Origin: a virus
Lineage: Duplodnaviria > Caudoviricetes
Length of the DNA: 64,000 nucleotides
Virus record (IMG/VR): IMGVR_UViG_3300027647_000001
Span: 7,056 to 71,055 of that record
Strand: one strand, 5' to 3'
Part shown: piece after piece, positions 27,801 through 36,747 of the stretch
Layout of the letters: every line of letters starts with the position of its first letter
Numbering within the stretch: position 1 is the stretch's first letter
Notes under the pieces: model-generated
What the model was told of the DNA's origin: nothing
The model's input: only the letters and a program-made list of their open reading frames with translations
Database searches by the model: none
Translations under genes and position numbers: made by a program

Positions 27801-29235
27801 GGAGGTTGACGACCTCGAGGACGCCGACGCCGACCTGGGAGAAGGCGACGAGGAGGTGCATTCCTGCGCGGGCCAGTGCGGTCAGGCTGTCCCCGACCAG
27901 GGGGGCGTTCTCGCGGGCGTAGTCCATGAACTCGCGCCAGTCCGCGCCGATCTCCCCCGTGTCCATCGTGGTGGCGAACGTGACCGCACCGGAGGTGGCC
28001 TTGGCGAGGGTTTCGGTCGTGAAGACGGTGAGCTTCTTCATCAGCGCGTCGAAGCCGGGCGTTTGGATGGCGCCGGCCATGACGTTCAGCATGTGCTCGT
28101 ACTCGGCTGACGTGCCGCGTACCAGGCCCGTGGTTTTCGGCAGCGTCGCCTGGAGCAGGCCCATGCCCTTGATGGCGACGGGCATGGTGTCCGCAGCCAG
28201 CTCGTCCGACCACGCCTTGTACTCGTCCTTGAGGACAGACACGGCGGCCGCGGCTTCCCGGGTGGCGGGAGGCATGTCCTGGAGCTGCCGCAGGTACTCC
28301 TTCTCCGCGGTGACGGCCTGCTCGGAGCCCTTGCCGTGCTCGCGGACCGCTTCCTCGTACTTCTCCTGCGCGTCGCCGGCTTCGGTCAGGGCGTGGATCT
28401 GCCCGCCAATCGCGATACCGAACGCGGTGGCCGCGGCGCCGGCGGCGGCGAAGCCGAGGGCGATCGGGGCAAGGGAGGCGGCGATGGGGATGAGGGCCGG
28501 GGCCAGGACGGCGATGACCTTCAGGAGCTTGCTGCTGCCAGACGAGGCGGTGGTGGTGGTGCTGTTCAGGTCGCCGAGGTTGCCGTTGACGGTGGTCAGG
28601 GTGCCGTTGAGGTCGTCCAGGTCGGAGCGCAGGGTGCGGACGTCGCCGCTGAGGCGGGTGATGTTGTCGCTGGTGGTGCGGGTGGCGGCGCCGAGCACGG
28701 TAATGCTGAGTGCCGCTGCTCGGGCGCGGTCGGCCAGGTCGCTGAGGGCGTTCGCGGTAGTGCGGGCGCGGGCGGCGAGCCGCAGCAGGGCACGGGACGT
28801 GTCGTCTGCTTGTGCTTGGACGGCGGCGAGGGCGGCGGTGGCGGCGGTCGCGTTGTCGACGTCGATCCGCAGGTTCAGGTTCTGGTTGTTGAGCCCGGCG
28901 AGGGCGGCGCGGGCGGCGGCGATTCCGGCGGTGGTGTTTACGTCGAGGCGGGCGCGGATGGTGATGTCGCGGTCAAGGCCGCGCAGGCGCTGTTCGGCGA
29001 GCGTCGCCGCGGCGGCGAGGTCCCGCAGGTTCTGCGCGGCCTGATGGGCCTGGCGGGACATGCGCAGCAGCCGTCCAGCGGCCGTGCCGGATGCGGTGCC
29101 GAGACCGGTGACCTGGGTTTGTGCGGCGCGGGCCTGGGTGGCCAGGCCGCGGGCTTCACGGGCGGACTCGCGGAGTGCGCGGGCCAGGTCGTCGCCCTGG
29201 CCGCGCATGTCCACGCTCAGGTTCCAGTTCGGCAC
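24886..29235 (-). CDS. Tail tape measure protein
   Basis: 1449 aa, Ala-rich and helical; two (W/F)AEPxTGGEAY/FxPL motifs. Confidence 0.92.
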   Translation of the reverse strand: MPNWNLSVDMRGQGDDLARALRESAREARGLATQARAAQTQVTGLGTASGTAAGRLLRMSRQAHQAAQNLRDLAAAATLAEQRLRGLDRDITIRARLDVNTTAGIAAARAALAGLNNQNLNLRIDVDNATAATAALAAVQAQADDTSRALLRLAARARTTANALSDLADRARAAALSITVLGAATRTTSDNITRLSGDVRTLRSDLDDLNGTLTTVNGNLGDLNSTTTTASSGSSKLLKVIAVLAPALIPIAASLAPIALGFAAAGAAATAFGIAIGGQIHALTEAGDAQEKYEEAVREHGKGSEQAVTAEKEYLRQLQDMPPATREAAAAVSVLKDEYKAWSDELAADTMPVAIKGMGLLQATLPKTTGLVRGTSAEYEHMLNVMAGAIQTPGFDALMKKLTVFTTETLAKATSGAVTFATTMDTGEIGADWREFMDYARENAPLVGDSLTALARAGMHLLVAFSQVGVGVLEVVNLLAEGFADLLNAIPPGALAAFLQVAAVMKLVTLSAAALGAATGGAAAARLAAYFAVMRAAGVATTLRATAASMSGTAKAAIGLGVLAGAAIGIGMLAEKARGAPPDVDRLTTSLKELAQTGKFTGELKDTFGDINGVVEKLGELGKAAKEQEEYVESFGNSGITVLDDLRAGAHDLWTDFTEGEKSLTALEEDFEGLDAAMAGLVSAGYGDKAATDFELIRNAALKAGYSIDEINAVLPKYNAAVAAAKVEQQLAAEGMGLFGQQALDVKGKLDAQKASADGLRGAIQALNDINRQALGGMIGFEASIDAAAKAAKDNAGALDMVNGRLDVNSPKAQAAATALQDLAAKTDEATAAARASGAPWGEVNAIYERGRAKLVQYAQQMGLTQAEANVLADSILTIPSRKEISIDMMREDALAGLDQVIAKIRETPGNKSVTVDALTAEAMRLLESVGFRTERLPDGRVTVTAITGSAVSNIGAVQNARDRLSDRTITITTNYVVTGNTARRPGAFGSQLANADGSVTDYYANGGIRAPKVRHFADGAESHVAQIAPAGSWRVWAEPETGGEAYVPLAASKRPRSRAIVEETVRRLGGDPEAIQWNAQGSVTGLRYDPGTGSLYSPSEVGQAGQKRKRVGREYVEYFDPAAVERKLRSASAATRAWNRDLERIADRVGGDVAEALASMGEDGVVLTRKMARGSTKYLNQMAAALRGLAVTARASLADYTRAMGKATATDAKFAANLATLAGRGYGDLAGQLAAQGDQAAMELAAAALGDNRRAAAANTAARRANTALTSEQVQQLVAIIAAVRTSKTGLHDVADATGLGEDDIVTIATKARGQISTSLGSRATKFLADLARAQKGLSYADGGIRTGIYSTTAGAVTFAEPQTGGEAFIPLGANKRRQATNVLRDVAGRFGIGLTDVSASRQVVVIKDGNTYITVPAVRTGASASDIGAQVSRSYRRARRGGVSARA

Positions 29236-29251
29236 CCTGTCCGCCCTCCCT

Positions 29252-29665
29252 CTACTTGCTGTTCGTGGCGCCGTGCTGGCGCTGCTGGCGTTTCAGTTCT
29301 CGCTCTGCTTGAAGTGCTGCCTGCACCTGGACCGGGATCAGGGCGATCTTCTTGCCGTTGATGTCCTCGCCGGACTTTTCGATCTCCTGCTGCTTGTCGG
29401 CGATGACCTGGCATCCGACGCACAGCTGGACCGAGGCGACGTAGGCGTCTTCCTCGTCTTCGCCGCCGTGGTCCCACTCGTCGTGCCGGGTGCCGCAGTG
29501 CGGGCACACGGTGCGCATGTACTCGCGGTAGGCGAGTGCCTTGTGCCGGTCCCGTGCCGTCCAGGTGCCGTCGCCTGCGCCGATGAACAGGGAGTGGGGG
29601 ATGCCCCACCGGTCGCACAGCTCGAGTTCGGCACGCAGATGTTCATCGGCGATCAGCCTTTTCCC
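29252..29665 (-). CDS. Tail assembly chaperone -1 frameshift extension (gpT-like)
   Basis: Slippery G GGA AAA at 29665-29659 just before the chaperone stop; the -1 frame reads RLIADEHLRAELELCDRWGIPHS...CPHCGTRHDEW to a stop at 29252. Confidence 0.8.
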   Translation of the reverse strand, partial: GKRLIADEHLRAELELCDRWGIPHSLFIGAGDGTWTARDRHKALAYREYMRTVCPHCGTRHDEWDHGGEDEEDAYVASVQLCVGCQVIADKQQEIEKSGEDINGKKIALIPVQVQAALQAERELKRQQRQHGATNSK

Positions 29666-30165
29666 ACGTCCATGCGGGTCTCGCCCTGCACGTTGAACGC
29701 CGTGTTGTAGAGGGTGAGAGCCTCGCCGGTGCCCCAGGTGTTGAGGTAGTCGCGGGCTTCGTCGATCGTGATGCCGTCCAGGGACGCGGCGGCGATCAGT
29801 TCCGGCGCGAGTGTCTCGGCGTTGAACATCTGGCCGTCTTCGGCCTGCTCCTCGGTCGGCTTGTGCTTGGCCCGCAGCGCCTCCCACACCGGCCGCTCCA
29901 GCGCTTGGAAGCGCAGCACGATCGTGGCCTTGTCGAATGCGGTCTGCGCCGCCTCGAGGTCTGTCTTGGCCTTCTTCACCGCCGCCCTGGTGGCCGGCGT
30001 CGGGTTGGCCTTCTGCTCTGCTTCGGCTGACCGGAGGGTGAACTCCGCGGTGCGCAGGTTCTGCTTGACGTCGGGGTCGTCGCAGATCGTCATCCGCGCG
30101 ATCGGCCGCAGGCGGGCCTTCAGCCGGTCGCGGACCGACATCGTGTCGGGTGTGGTGTTGGCCAT
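29653..30165 (-). CDS. Tail assembly chaperone (gpG-like)
   Basis: Between the major tail and tape measure genes; ends in a slippery site. Confidence 0.85.
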   Translation of the reverse strand: MANTTPDTMSVRDRLKARLRPIARMTICDDPDVKQNLRTAEFTLRSAEAEQKANPTPATRAAVKKAKTDLEAAQTAFDKATIVLRFQALERPVWEALRAKHKPTEEQAEDGQMFNAETLAPELIAAASLDGITIDEARDYLNTWGTGEALTLYNTAFNVQGETRMDVGKG

Positions 30166-30261
30166 CAGGGTCCTCCGTCAGGGAAGGGGGAACCTGGCCG
30201 GGCGCCGCAGCGCCCCTTCCCGAACACGTCGGGCCCGGCCAGGAACTCAGGGGGAAGGCGG

Positions 30262-31053
30262 TCAGCCGCCGGGCGTGGTGGTCGTGACGGTGACCTCCGG
30301 GGTCGTACCGCCGGTGAGGCTGGAGTCGTCGGCGGTCATCTGCTCGACGTCCTGGCCGTCGTACTGGCCGCCGAACGTGACCGTGATCGCCGTGTCCGGG
30401 TGCGGTCCGCCCGCGCAAACAACGTCGCCCGGGTCGATGTTCGACAGCGCCTCGAGCGCCGACTGCACCGCGGACGCGGTCGCGTCGAACGCGATACCGG
30501 CGGTGGTCTGTGTGTCGAACGTGAGGGTGTAGGTGCCGCCGGTGGGGGTTCCGGTGATGGTGACGGTCTGCACCTCGTCCGTGCCGGCGGCCGGCACCTC
30601 CACGCTGAGCGCCGGGGTGTCGGTGATGGAGAACTTCGCCATCCACCGTGCGGGCTCGTTGTCGACGGTGATCGCCGCCGACTGGGAGGCCACGCGCACC
30701 GGGTAGACGTCCATGCTCTTGGAGGTGGGGACGTCGCCCTTGCGGAGGATGATGATGAACCCAGTGGTGCCCTTCGCGAGGGACTCTTCCAGGGTGGAGG
30801 ACGTGTCGTCCTCGTAGAACGTGAGGGTGGAGTCGGCGGCCTGGTCGTCTCCGGGGATCTTCGCCGTGAACGTGGACTCGAGGTCCGGCGTTTCGATCTC
30901 CTGGTTCTCCAGGGTGAAGCCGTCGACCGCGCTGATCTGCTTCGTCAGCGGGGTCGCTCCGGAAAGTTCGGTGCGGGTGGGGATGTAGGTGGATGCGGCG
31001 ATCGTCGGCGCGAAGAGGATCTTCGTTACGCCCTTGCGGGAGAACCTGCCCAT
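30262..31053 (-). CDS. Major tail protein with C-terminal accessory domain
   Basis: MGRFSRKGVTKILFAPTIA...IETPDL..FTAKIPG..A.DSTLTFY; C-terminal EVQTVTITGTPTGG module. Confidence 0.85.
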   Translation of the reverse strand: MGRFSRKGVTKILFAPTIAASTYIPTRTELSGATPLTKQISAVDGFTLENQEIETPDLESTFTAKIPGDDQAADSTLTFYEDDTSSTLEESLAKGTTGFIIILRKGDVPTSKSMDVYPVRVASQSAAITVDNEPARWMAKFSITDTPALSVEVPAAGTDEVQTVTITGTPTGGTYTLTFDTQTTAGIAFDATASAVQSALEALSNIDPGDVVCAGGPHPDTAITVTFGGQYDGQDVEQMTADDSSLTGGTTPEVTVTTTTPGG

Positions 31054-31153
31054 GGTGGGGACCCCTAGAAAGCTGGTGTCTGCGGTGGCGGCCACCTCTG
31101 GCGGCGTCCGCGTGGGGTCCCGCCGCGGTGCGGTTCTACTGCCTGACCAGGGG

Positions 31154-31606
31154 TCAGGCGGGCGTCAGGCCGAACCTGAAGCGCTGCACATAGGGAATGA
31201 TTGCATCGGCGGGATCATTCGTTCCCCCCGGTTCCGTCTCGAGCTCCCTGGTCATGACCTTCACGCCGGGGATGTCGAGTGGGTGCAGCCACAGGCCGGT
31301 TGCCGGGTCGCGGGCGAGGAAGATTTCGCGGGCTTTGTCGGCCATCCACTCGGTCTGCTCCAGCGCGCCGGCCGAGTCGGGCACGTCCCGGTCCGGCCCG
31401 GACACCGACGTGATCTGGTAAACGATGGAGGCGTCCTCGTGTTCGTCCGCCAGTGGGGCGCCGGACACCTCGAGCGGCATCGCATAGACGATGTAGTACG
31501 GCGGGTCCGGCACCCCTGGTGGGGCTACGGCCCGGCCGACGGGCAATCCCGACGCCTGGGCGAGCAGGGCGACGACCGCGTTCGTCACGGGACGGCGGGC
31601 GATCAC
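31154..31606 (-). CDS. Tail terminator-like protein
   Basis: Position in the operon; PPYYIVY, VYQITSV motifs. Confidence 0.7.
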   Translation of the reverse strand: MIARRPVTNAVVALLAQASGLPVGRAVAPPGVPDPPYYIVYAMPLEVSGAPLADEHEDASIVYQITSVSGPDRDVPDSAGALEQTEWMADKAREIFLARDPATGLWLHPLDIPGVKVMTRELETEPGGTNDPADAIIPYVQRFRFGLTPA

Positions 31607-31992
31607 GACAACACCTCGTCGATCGCCTCACCCATCTGATTCCGCAGGATCGTCCCGATCAGCGGCAGCGCAGGCTGCACGTGCGGATAGGGCGGCTGGT
31701 AGAAGTGGCGGCCGATGCTGTCCGTCATGTCCCAGAACCCGAACTCCAGGCGCCTGCCCTGCGGCTTGGTGGTGCCGATGGTGCAGTGCGCGCCGTGCGG
31801 CAGCGGACGGTGCTCCGGCTTCCAGGAAGCACGGTAGGCGCCGGTGATGGCCCGCGGCCCCGGCCGGCCGGACGCGTTGCGGCGGATGGTCGCGATCCCG
31901 AGGGTCGCGACGTGCTTCATGCGCTTCTGCACCGCCGGGCCTACCTTGTCCGCCGCCCGCTCAAGCCGGTCGGCGAGCTCGTCAGGGGTCAT
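31603..31992 (-). CDS. HK97 gp10-like neck protein
   Basis: TGAYRASW...RLEFG...PPYPHVQPA. Confidence 0.8.
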   Translation of the reverse strand: MTPDELADRLERAADKVGPAVQKRMKHVATLGIATIRRNASGRPGPRAITGAYRASWKPEHRPLPHGAHCTIGTTKPQGRRLEFGFWDMTDSIGRHFYQPPYPHVQPALPLIGTILRNQMGEAIDEVLS

Positions 31993-32441
31993 GCTCCCTC
32001 CCCCGGGATCCGGTTCTGGTCGAGGACGGTGACCCGGACGGCCTCCATCGTGGACACGCGGGACGGGTCGTTACAGATCCACGACCGGCCGATGAGCGCG
32101 GTGTTGGCCGGATTACGGACCGCGGTCACGGTGACGATCGCGTCCTTCGGCGCGAGCGGCGCGTCCAGCGGGGTCAGCATCCGGTACCTCGATTTGGTGG
32201 CACCAGGCCAGGCCTGGGTGGCGTCAGGGATGCCGGGCAGTTCACCGAGCGCCGAAGAGGACAGCACCGCTCCCTGCCCCTCGTACAGCACCGTCCCGTC
32301 GGGATGCTCGAGCTGCCCCGTCTCCTCGTTGAGGACGGGTGCGCCGTTGGCGGGCAGGGTGATCCGGACGGTGTCGAGGAGGAGGTTGTCCTCGATCCAG
32401 TCGGCGATCTGTGCGAGGACGCCGTCGAGGGCTCCGGCCAT
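31989..32441 (-). CDS. Head-closure protein (DUF6093-like)
   Basis: LLDTVRITLP...NEETGQ...VLYEGQG; position in the operon. Confidence 0.7.
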   Translation of the reverse strand: MAGALDGVLAQIADWIEDNLLLDTVRITLPANGAPVLNEETGQLEHPDGTVLYEGQGAVLSSSALGELPGIPDATQAWPGATKSRYRMLTPLDAPLAPKDAIVTVTAVRNPANTALIGRSWICNDPSRVSTMEAVRVTVLDQNRIPGEGA

Positions 32442-32833
32442 CAGGATCCGCCTCCGTTCAGGGCCCAGTCGGCGGCCTGGGTGAGCATGGCGCGGGTGAG
32501 CGCGTACCGCTCCTCACCGAGGTCGTCACGTTGGAGGGCGGCCTGCTCGAGCGTCTTGGGGTCAATGCTGCGCAGGAAGTCCGCGACCGCCTGACCGGGG
32601 TCGGGTTCGTCGCCGACAACGACGTGCGCCATCCCGTCGAACTCCATGGCCTGCCGGTGCTGGCCCACATGAAGGACGAGCAGTGGGGGCTGCCCTGCCT
32701 GCTGCTGAAGGCTGTAGCCGTGGACCAGGTTCGTGAACTCGACGCCGTCGACGTAGAGAGCGGCGTGGGTGCCGTCGGTGGTGATGCGGACCTGACGCGG
32801 CCGGTCGCCGATAGTGGGGGCAGGCGTGTCCAT
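32441..32833 (-). CDS. Hypothetical protein
   Basis: MDTPAPTIGDRPRQVRITTDG; 1-bp overlap with the next gene. Confidence 0.65.
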   Translation of the reverse strand: MDTPAPTIGDRPRQVRITTDGTHAALYVDGVEFTNLVHGYSLQQQAGQPPLLVLHVGQHRQAMEFDGMAHVVVGDEPDPGQAVADFLRSIDPKTLEQAALQRDDLGEERYALTRAMLTQAADWALNGGGS

Positions 32834-32838
32834 GGGTG

Positions 32839-33087
32839 CTACTTCTTCCTCTTCTTCAGGCTGGGGAACTTCCGCACCACCGCGGCACGCACGGCCTTCT
32901 TCTGTGCCGGAGAACCATGCTGCGACACCCTGGCCAGGGCGTTCCGGGCGTGTGGAAGGTCGTCGATCCGGTACTTCTTCTGCTTCGGTAGCGCGAACGA
33001 CTTGCCGCTCATCCGCTTCCGGCCGGCCTTGGTGTTCCGGCGCGCGTTGGCGGTCTTCGACAGCTTCGACTTCCGGCTCTTGGCCAT
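32839..33087 (-). CDS. Small very basic protein (DUF6582-like motif)
   Basis: SFALPKQKKYRIDDLPHARNALARV; K/R-rich. Confidence 0.7.
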   Translation of the reverse strand: MAKSRKSKLSKTANARRNTKAGRKRMSGKSFALPKQKKYRIDDLPHARNALARVSQHGSPAQKKAVRAAVVRKFPSLKKRKK

Positions 33088-33138
33088 GAACTTCTCCGTC
33101 CGTGGCAGGTTCGGTCGGGGAGGGTGGTGCGACGCCCA

Positions 33139-33984
33139 TCAGAAGGTGCCTCCGGGGGCGAAGTCGGGCCCGGTGATGATCGCGGGCCGGGGCAAGAACT
33201 GCCTCTGGCAGTGGGGGTGTGCCACAGGGTGGGCGAGGGCGTCCTGCACGGTCCGCAGCGTGCCGCTCGCCACGTCTGGATCGTCGTGTGTCCGCCATCC
33301 ACACCCCGGCCCGTCACGGACCTCGAGCCACTCGATTCCGAGGTCGTCCAGTGCGGTGCGGGCGGCCGCCGTGTTGGCGGTGGTGATGGTCTGCCAGGAG
33401 ATCGCGGCCCGTACCCACGCTTCAACCGGGTGGCGGGCGTCGTTGGAGTAGATGACCGTGTCGAGCGGATGGTCCTGCTGAAGCTGCTGCGGGTCGAAGG
33501 CGGGGACGGTGAACCTGCCGAGACGGGCCCGTGTGGCGTCGGTCGCGGCGCGCAGGAACGCCCGGGCGCGGCGCGTCGCCTCTTGGAGGCGGCCCATGAG
33601 GTCGGCGTAGTACTGGGCGGTCAGCCCGGTGATCGTGCCCTGGTGGCGGCCGGTCCACGACCAGGTGCGGTGCGGCCGGTCCAGGTGGTCGAGCATCGAC
33701 AGGGCGCCCTCGCGGTAGGCGATCGGCAGGTCCTGCGAGGCCCAACGCTCGGCAAAGGAGGCGACGGCACGGTCGAACTCGGCGAGCTGCTGCTGGAACG
33801 CGGCCGTGGCGGTACGGATGGCGCGGGTCGCGTTACGGCCGGGCCGGATCCGGGCGAGCGCTGCGAGGAGCTTCGTCTGGGCGCGGGTGAGAATCCGCCA
33901 CGCAGCCACAAGCCGGTCGGTGGCGCCGGTGATGAGCGCGAGGAGCCGGGTGCGGAGGCTGCGCCGGCGGGTGGGGGTGCTCAT
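33139..33984 (-). CDS. Minor capsid / MuF-like protein
   Basis: VRDGPGCGW...PVAHPHCQRQFLP C-terminal motif. Confidence 0.75.
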   Translation of the reverse strand: MSTPTRRRSLRTRLLALITGATDRLVAAWRILTRAQTKLLAALARIRPGRNATRAIRTATAAFQQQLAEFDRAVASFAERWASQDLPIAYREGALSMLDHLDRPHRTWSWTGRHQGTITGLTAQYYADLMGRLQEATRRARAFLRAATDATRARLGRFTVPAFDPQQLQQDHPLDTVIYSNDARHPVEAWVRAAISWQTITTANTAAARTALDDLGIEWLEVRDGPGCGWRTHDDPDVASGTLRTVQDALAHPVAHPHCQRQFLPRPAIITGPDFAPGGTF

Positions 33985-34322
33985 CGGCGGGGCCGGGCGG
34001 TGAGGGTGATGACCTGAAGGCTCTGGTCGCCGGGGAGTCCGTCGCCGTCAGGGTCTTCCTCGTCGGGTGCGAGGGGGATCCCGGCCTCGAGGCGGGTGAT
34101 CTGCCGCTCGTACGCCTTGATGTTCTCGACGTTCGACACGGAGACGACGGAGGACACGTTGACGGTGGCGGGCTGGGACCGGAGGGTCGCCAAACGTTCG
34201 CGGAGAACTTCGAGGGCTACGGCCCGTGCGGTACCGAGGCGGGTGAAGCGGGTCTCGAGGTCGGCGATCGGGGTGGTGGTGCCGAGTTGGGCGAGCAGCC
34301 ACGCCTTGATGTCGTCGTTCAC
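33981..34322 (-). CDS. Head-tail adaptor-like protein
   Basis: Position after the capsid genes; helical. Confidence 0.65.
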   Translation of the reverse strand: MNDDIKAWLLAQLGTTTPIADLETRFTRLGTARAVALEVLRERLATLRSQPATVNVSSVVSVSNVENIKAYERQITRLEAGIPLAPDEEDPDGDGLPGDQSLQVITLTARPRR

Positions 34323-34466
34323 GGGTGATCCCCTCTCTCGGGGCGTGGGCGGGGTGGGAAGGGGGTGCAGGGTGCAGGACCTTCTGGCGCCCCCACCAGA
34401 GGGGGGTCCTGCACCCCGCTGCTGACCGCCGCTGCCCTCACCGGCGGTCTCCGGCCCCGAGCCGGG

Positions 34467-34826
34467 TCAGTCGGCCGCAGGCTTGCGTGCGGCGGTCTTG
34501 CGGGCCGTGGTCTTGCGGGCGGCCGGCTTGTCGTCGTCCCCGTCGCCCTCAGCAGGTTCCGGGTCCGGCTTGGGGTCAGCGTCGGCGGAAGCCGAGGCGG
34601 CGCCAGGCCCGGCGGCCCGGCCGTCGCCGGAAGGGCTTCCGCCCTCCCCTGCTCCGTCGTCCGTCTTGGTCTTCGGGAGGCGCGGGAGCTTCCCGTCGAC
34701 CCAGGCGGCCGGGTTGGTCACCAGTGCCGCGAGGCGCGGCTCCGGAGATGTCCCCGCGGCCAGGGTCACGGTCTGGTGGGTGTCCGGGTCCTTCACGTAC
34801 ACCGTCGCGTTCAGCTGGGCGGCCAT
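34467..34826 (-). CDS. Hypothetical capsid-operon protein
   Basis: MAAQLNATVYV...ITN-type motif (LVTNPAAW); acidic then basic tail. Confidence 0.7.
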   Translation of the reverse strand: MAAQLNATVYVKDPDTHQTVTLAAGTSPEPRLAALVTNPAAWVDGKLPRLPKTKTDDGAGEGGSPSGDGRAAGPGAASASADADPKPDPEPAEGDGDDDKPAARKTTARKTAARKPAAD

Positions 34827-34829
34827 GGG

Positions 34830-35894
34830 TCACCACACCGTCGCGGCGATGTGGATGTCCGGCACGTACATGACCGGCAGCGCGGCTGCGGAGCCCTTCG
34901 TCCACACCTGCGGCGGGTCGTCCTGGTAGCCGCGGGTGACGACGATGCCGGGGGCTTCCTCGCGGAGGATGGCCGGGTTGCCGCCCTGGGAGAGGATCAG
35001 CCCGTCGGCGGTGAGACCGTACTGCGTTTCGGCCCACTGGGACGGGTTGGGCGGCAGGAGGAAGAACATGTTCTCCGGCAGCGCGCGGACGTCCGAACCG
35101 GTGTCCAGCTCGATCTTCACGTCGTACGTGGTGATCAGCGGGAGGTTGTAGCGGGCGCGGACGTCGTTGACCTGGTTGGGTGCGAGGACCGCGGTCGGGA
35201 TGGTCGATGCCGAGTTCACCGAGCCGTAGTAGGCGGCGCGGTAGGAGTCGTTGCCCATCATCAGGGCCCACGTCTTGTACGAGGTGAGCGCACGGGCCGG
35301 GGCCGGCGCTCCGGATGCGCGGAGGACCTCCATCCACCGCATCTCGTCTCCGAGGATGTCGGCGGTCGGATCGGTCCAGATGGTCGGCGCGGTCGGCATG
35401 TTCGCTGCCGGGACCGCGTAGTCGGCCTCGATGGTGAGGCCGTTCTCGCCGACGAGGGAGAACTTGCCGTCGACGAGGAGGTCGCCGACGGCCAGTTCCA
35501 GGCGCTTCTTGATGGACAGCACGTGCGCCCCGACGTCGTCGTAGACGGCGTTCACGAGGTCGCGGGAGTCCAGGCCTCGGTCCAGGTTCTCGAGGATGGT
35601 CTCGAACTCGCCGACGATGTACTTCTGACCGAGAGGCAGGAGCTTGCCGGAGGTCGCGAACTGCGTGATCTCACGCGTCGCAACCTTCGTCTGCGCGTCC
35701 CACGCCCGGTACGAGGCGGCGGCGACCCGTCGACGGTTGCCGCGGTGTTCCCACTTCACCGAGTTGATCGTTCGCTCGGGCATGACGGACAGGGTGAGCG
35801 CGTAGTCCGACGGGGTCTGGATCTCGCGGACGAACGCCTGGATCTCGGTCGGGCTGATGTCGCGGAGCAGGAGCTCCAGCATGTCGTTAGCCAT
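34830..35894 (-). CDS. Major capsid protein (lambda gpE-like family)
   Basis: 354 aa after the decoration and scaffold genes; DPPQVWTKGSAAALP C-terminus. Confidence 0.88.
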   Translation of the reverse strand: MANDMLELLLRDISPTEIQAFVREIQTPSDYALTLSVMPERTINSVKWEHRGNRRRVAAASYRAWDAQTKVATREITQFATSGKLLPLGQKYIVGEFETILENLDRGLDSRDLVNAVYDDVGAHVLSIKKRLELAVGDLLVDGKFSLVGENGLTIEADYAVPAANMPTAPTIWTDPTADILGDEMRWMEVLRASGAPAPARALTSYKTWALMMGNDSYRAAYYGSVNSASTIPTAVLAPNQVNDVRARYNLPLITTYDVKIELDTGSDVRALPENMFFLLPPNPSQWAETQYGLTADGLILSQGGNPAILREEAPGIVVTRGYQDDPPQVWTKGSAAALPVMYVPDIHIAATVW

Positions 35895-35907
35895 GTGGGG
35901 CTCCTAC

Positions 35908-36642
35908 TCAGATGCCGTAGACGAAGTTGGTGTTGGAGCCGGCCGGGACGTCGGTCGGGTCGAACGCCACCGGGAGCTTGGCGACGTCGATCTGGCCGTG
36001 GACCATGAGGGGCGCGGCGGCCTTGGTGCTGCTGGGGTGGAAGGACACCTCGGTGAACAGGAATCCGACGAAGACGTCGGTCCCGTCCGCGGTGGCTGCT
36101 GTCCCGCCGGCGGTGGTGGTGGCGACGGTGATGTCGGGGGTGGTGCCGCCGGTGAACGACTCGGTGGTCGTCGGTTCGGCGACGTCCTCGCCGAGCTGCG
36201 TTCCGCCCCAGGTGAGGGTCCACGGTCCGCCTGCGTCGCCGGTGACGACGACGTCGCCGGGGGCGATGTTCGACAGCGCTTCGAGTGCGGCCTGGACTTC
36301 GGCGGCGGTGGCGTTGTAGGCGATCGCGTCGGTGGTCTGGCCGGACCAGGTGATGGTGAACGTGCCGCCGGTGGGGGCGCCGGTCACGGTCAGGGTCTGG
36401 ACCTCGTTGGAGACTGCGGCGTACGGCTCGTACAGGCCCGTGGAGGTGTTCTTGCCGAGGGGGATGCCGGACTTCAGCTTCCGCTCGTTCTGGTAGGCGG
36501 AGGCCTCGGTCCAGTGCAGCGTCTCGGAGAACGCGGCCAGGTCGAGGGTGACGGACTGGTTGGCTTCGATGCCGAGCATGCTCATCAGCCACGGGCGGCC
36601 GACGGCGAGCGTCTCGGTGCTGGTGTACGGCTGGATGTCCAC
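35908..36642 (-). CDS. Head decoration protein with inserted accessory domain
   Basis: LKSGIPLGKNTSTGLYEPY / DGTDVFVGFLF...HGQIDVAKLP flanking an EVQTLTVTGAPTGG insert. Confidence 0.8.
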   Translation of the reverse strand: MDIQPYTSTETLAVGRPWLMSMLGIEANQSVTLDLAAFSETLHWTEASAYQNERKLKSGIPLGKNTSTGLYEPYAAVSNEVQTLTVTGAPTGGTFTITWSGQTTDAIAYNATAAEVQAALEALSNIAPGDVVVTGDAGGPWTLTWGGTQLGEDVAEPTTTESFTGGTTPDITVATTTAGGTAATADGTDVFVGFLFTEVSFHPSSTKAAAPLMVHGQIDVAKLPVAFDPTDVPAGSNTNFVYGI

Positions 36643-36747
36643 GCCGTAGCCCCTTTCGCGATATCGCGGGTGTCGTGAGGGCACCTCCTTCAGGTGGTGC
36701 CGTCCACGGGGGTGAGGGCGTGGTCCCTACGGTGGTGCGGTCTGTGG

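Noticed and set aside
29338-29646. ORF-track 102-aa ORF as the second tail chaperone
   Set aside because: Wrong frame; the protein-like sequence is the -1 frame ending at 29252.
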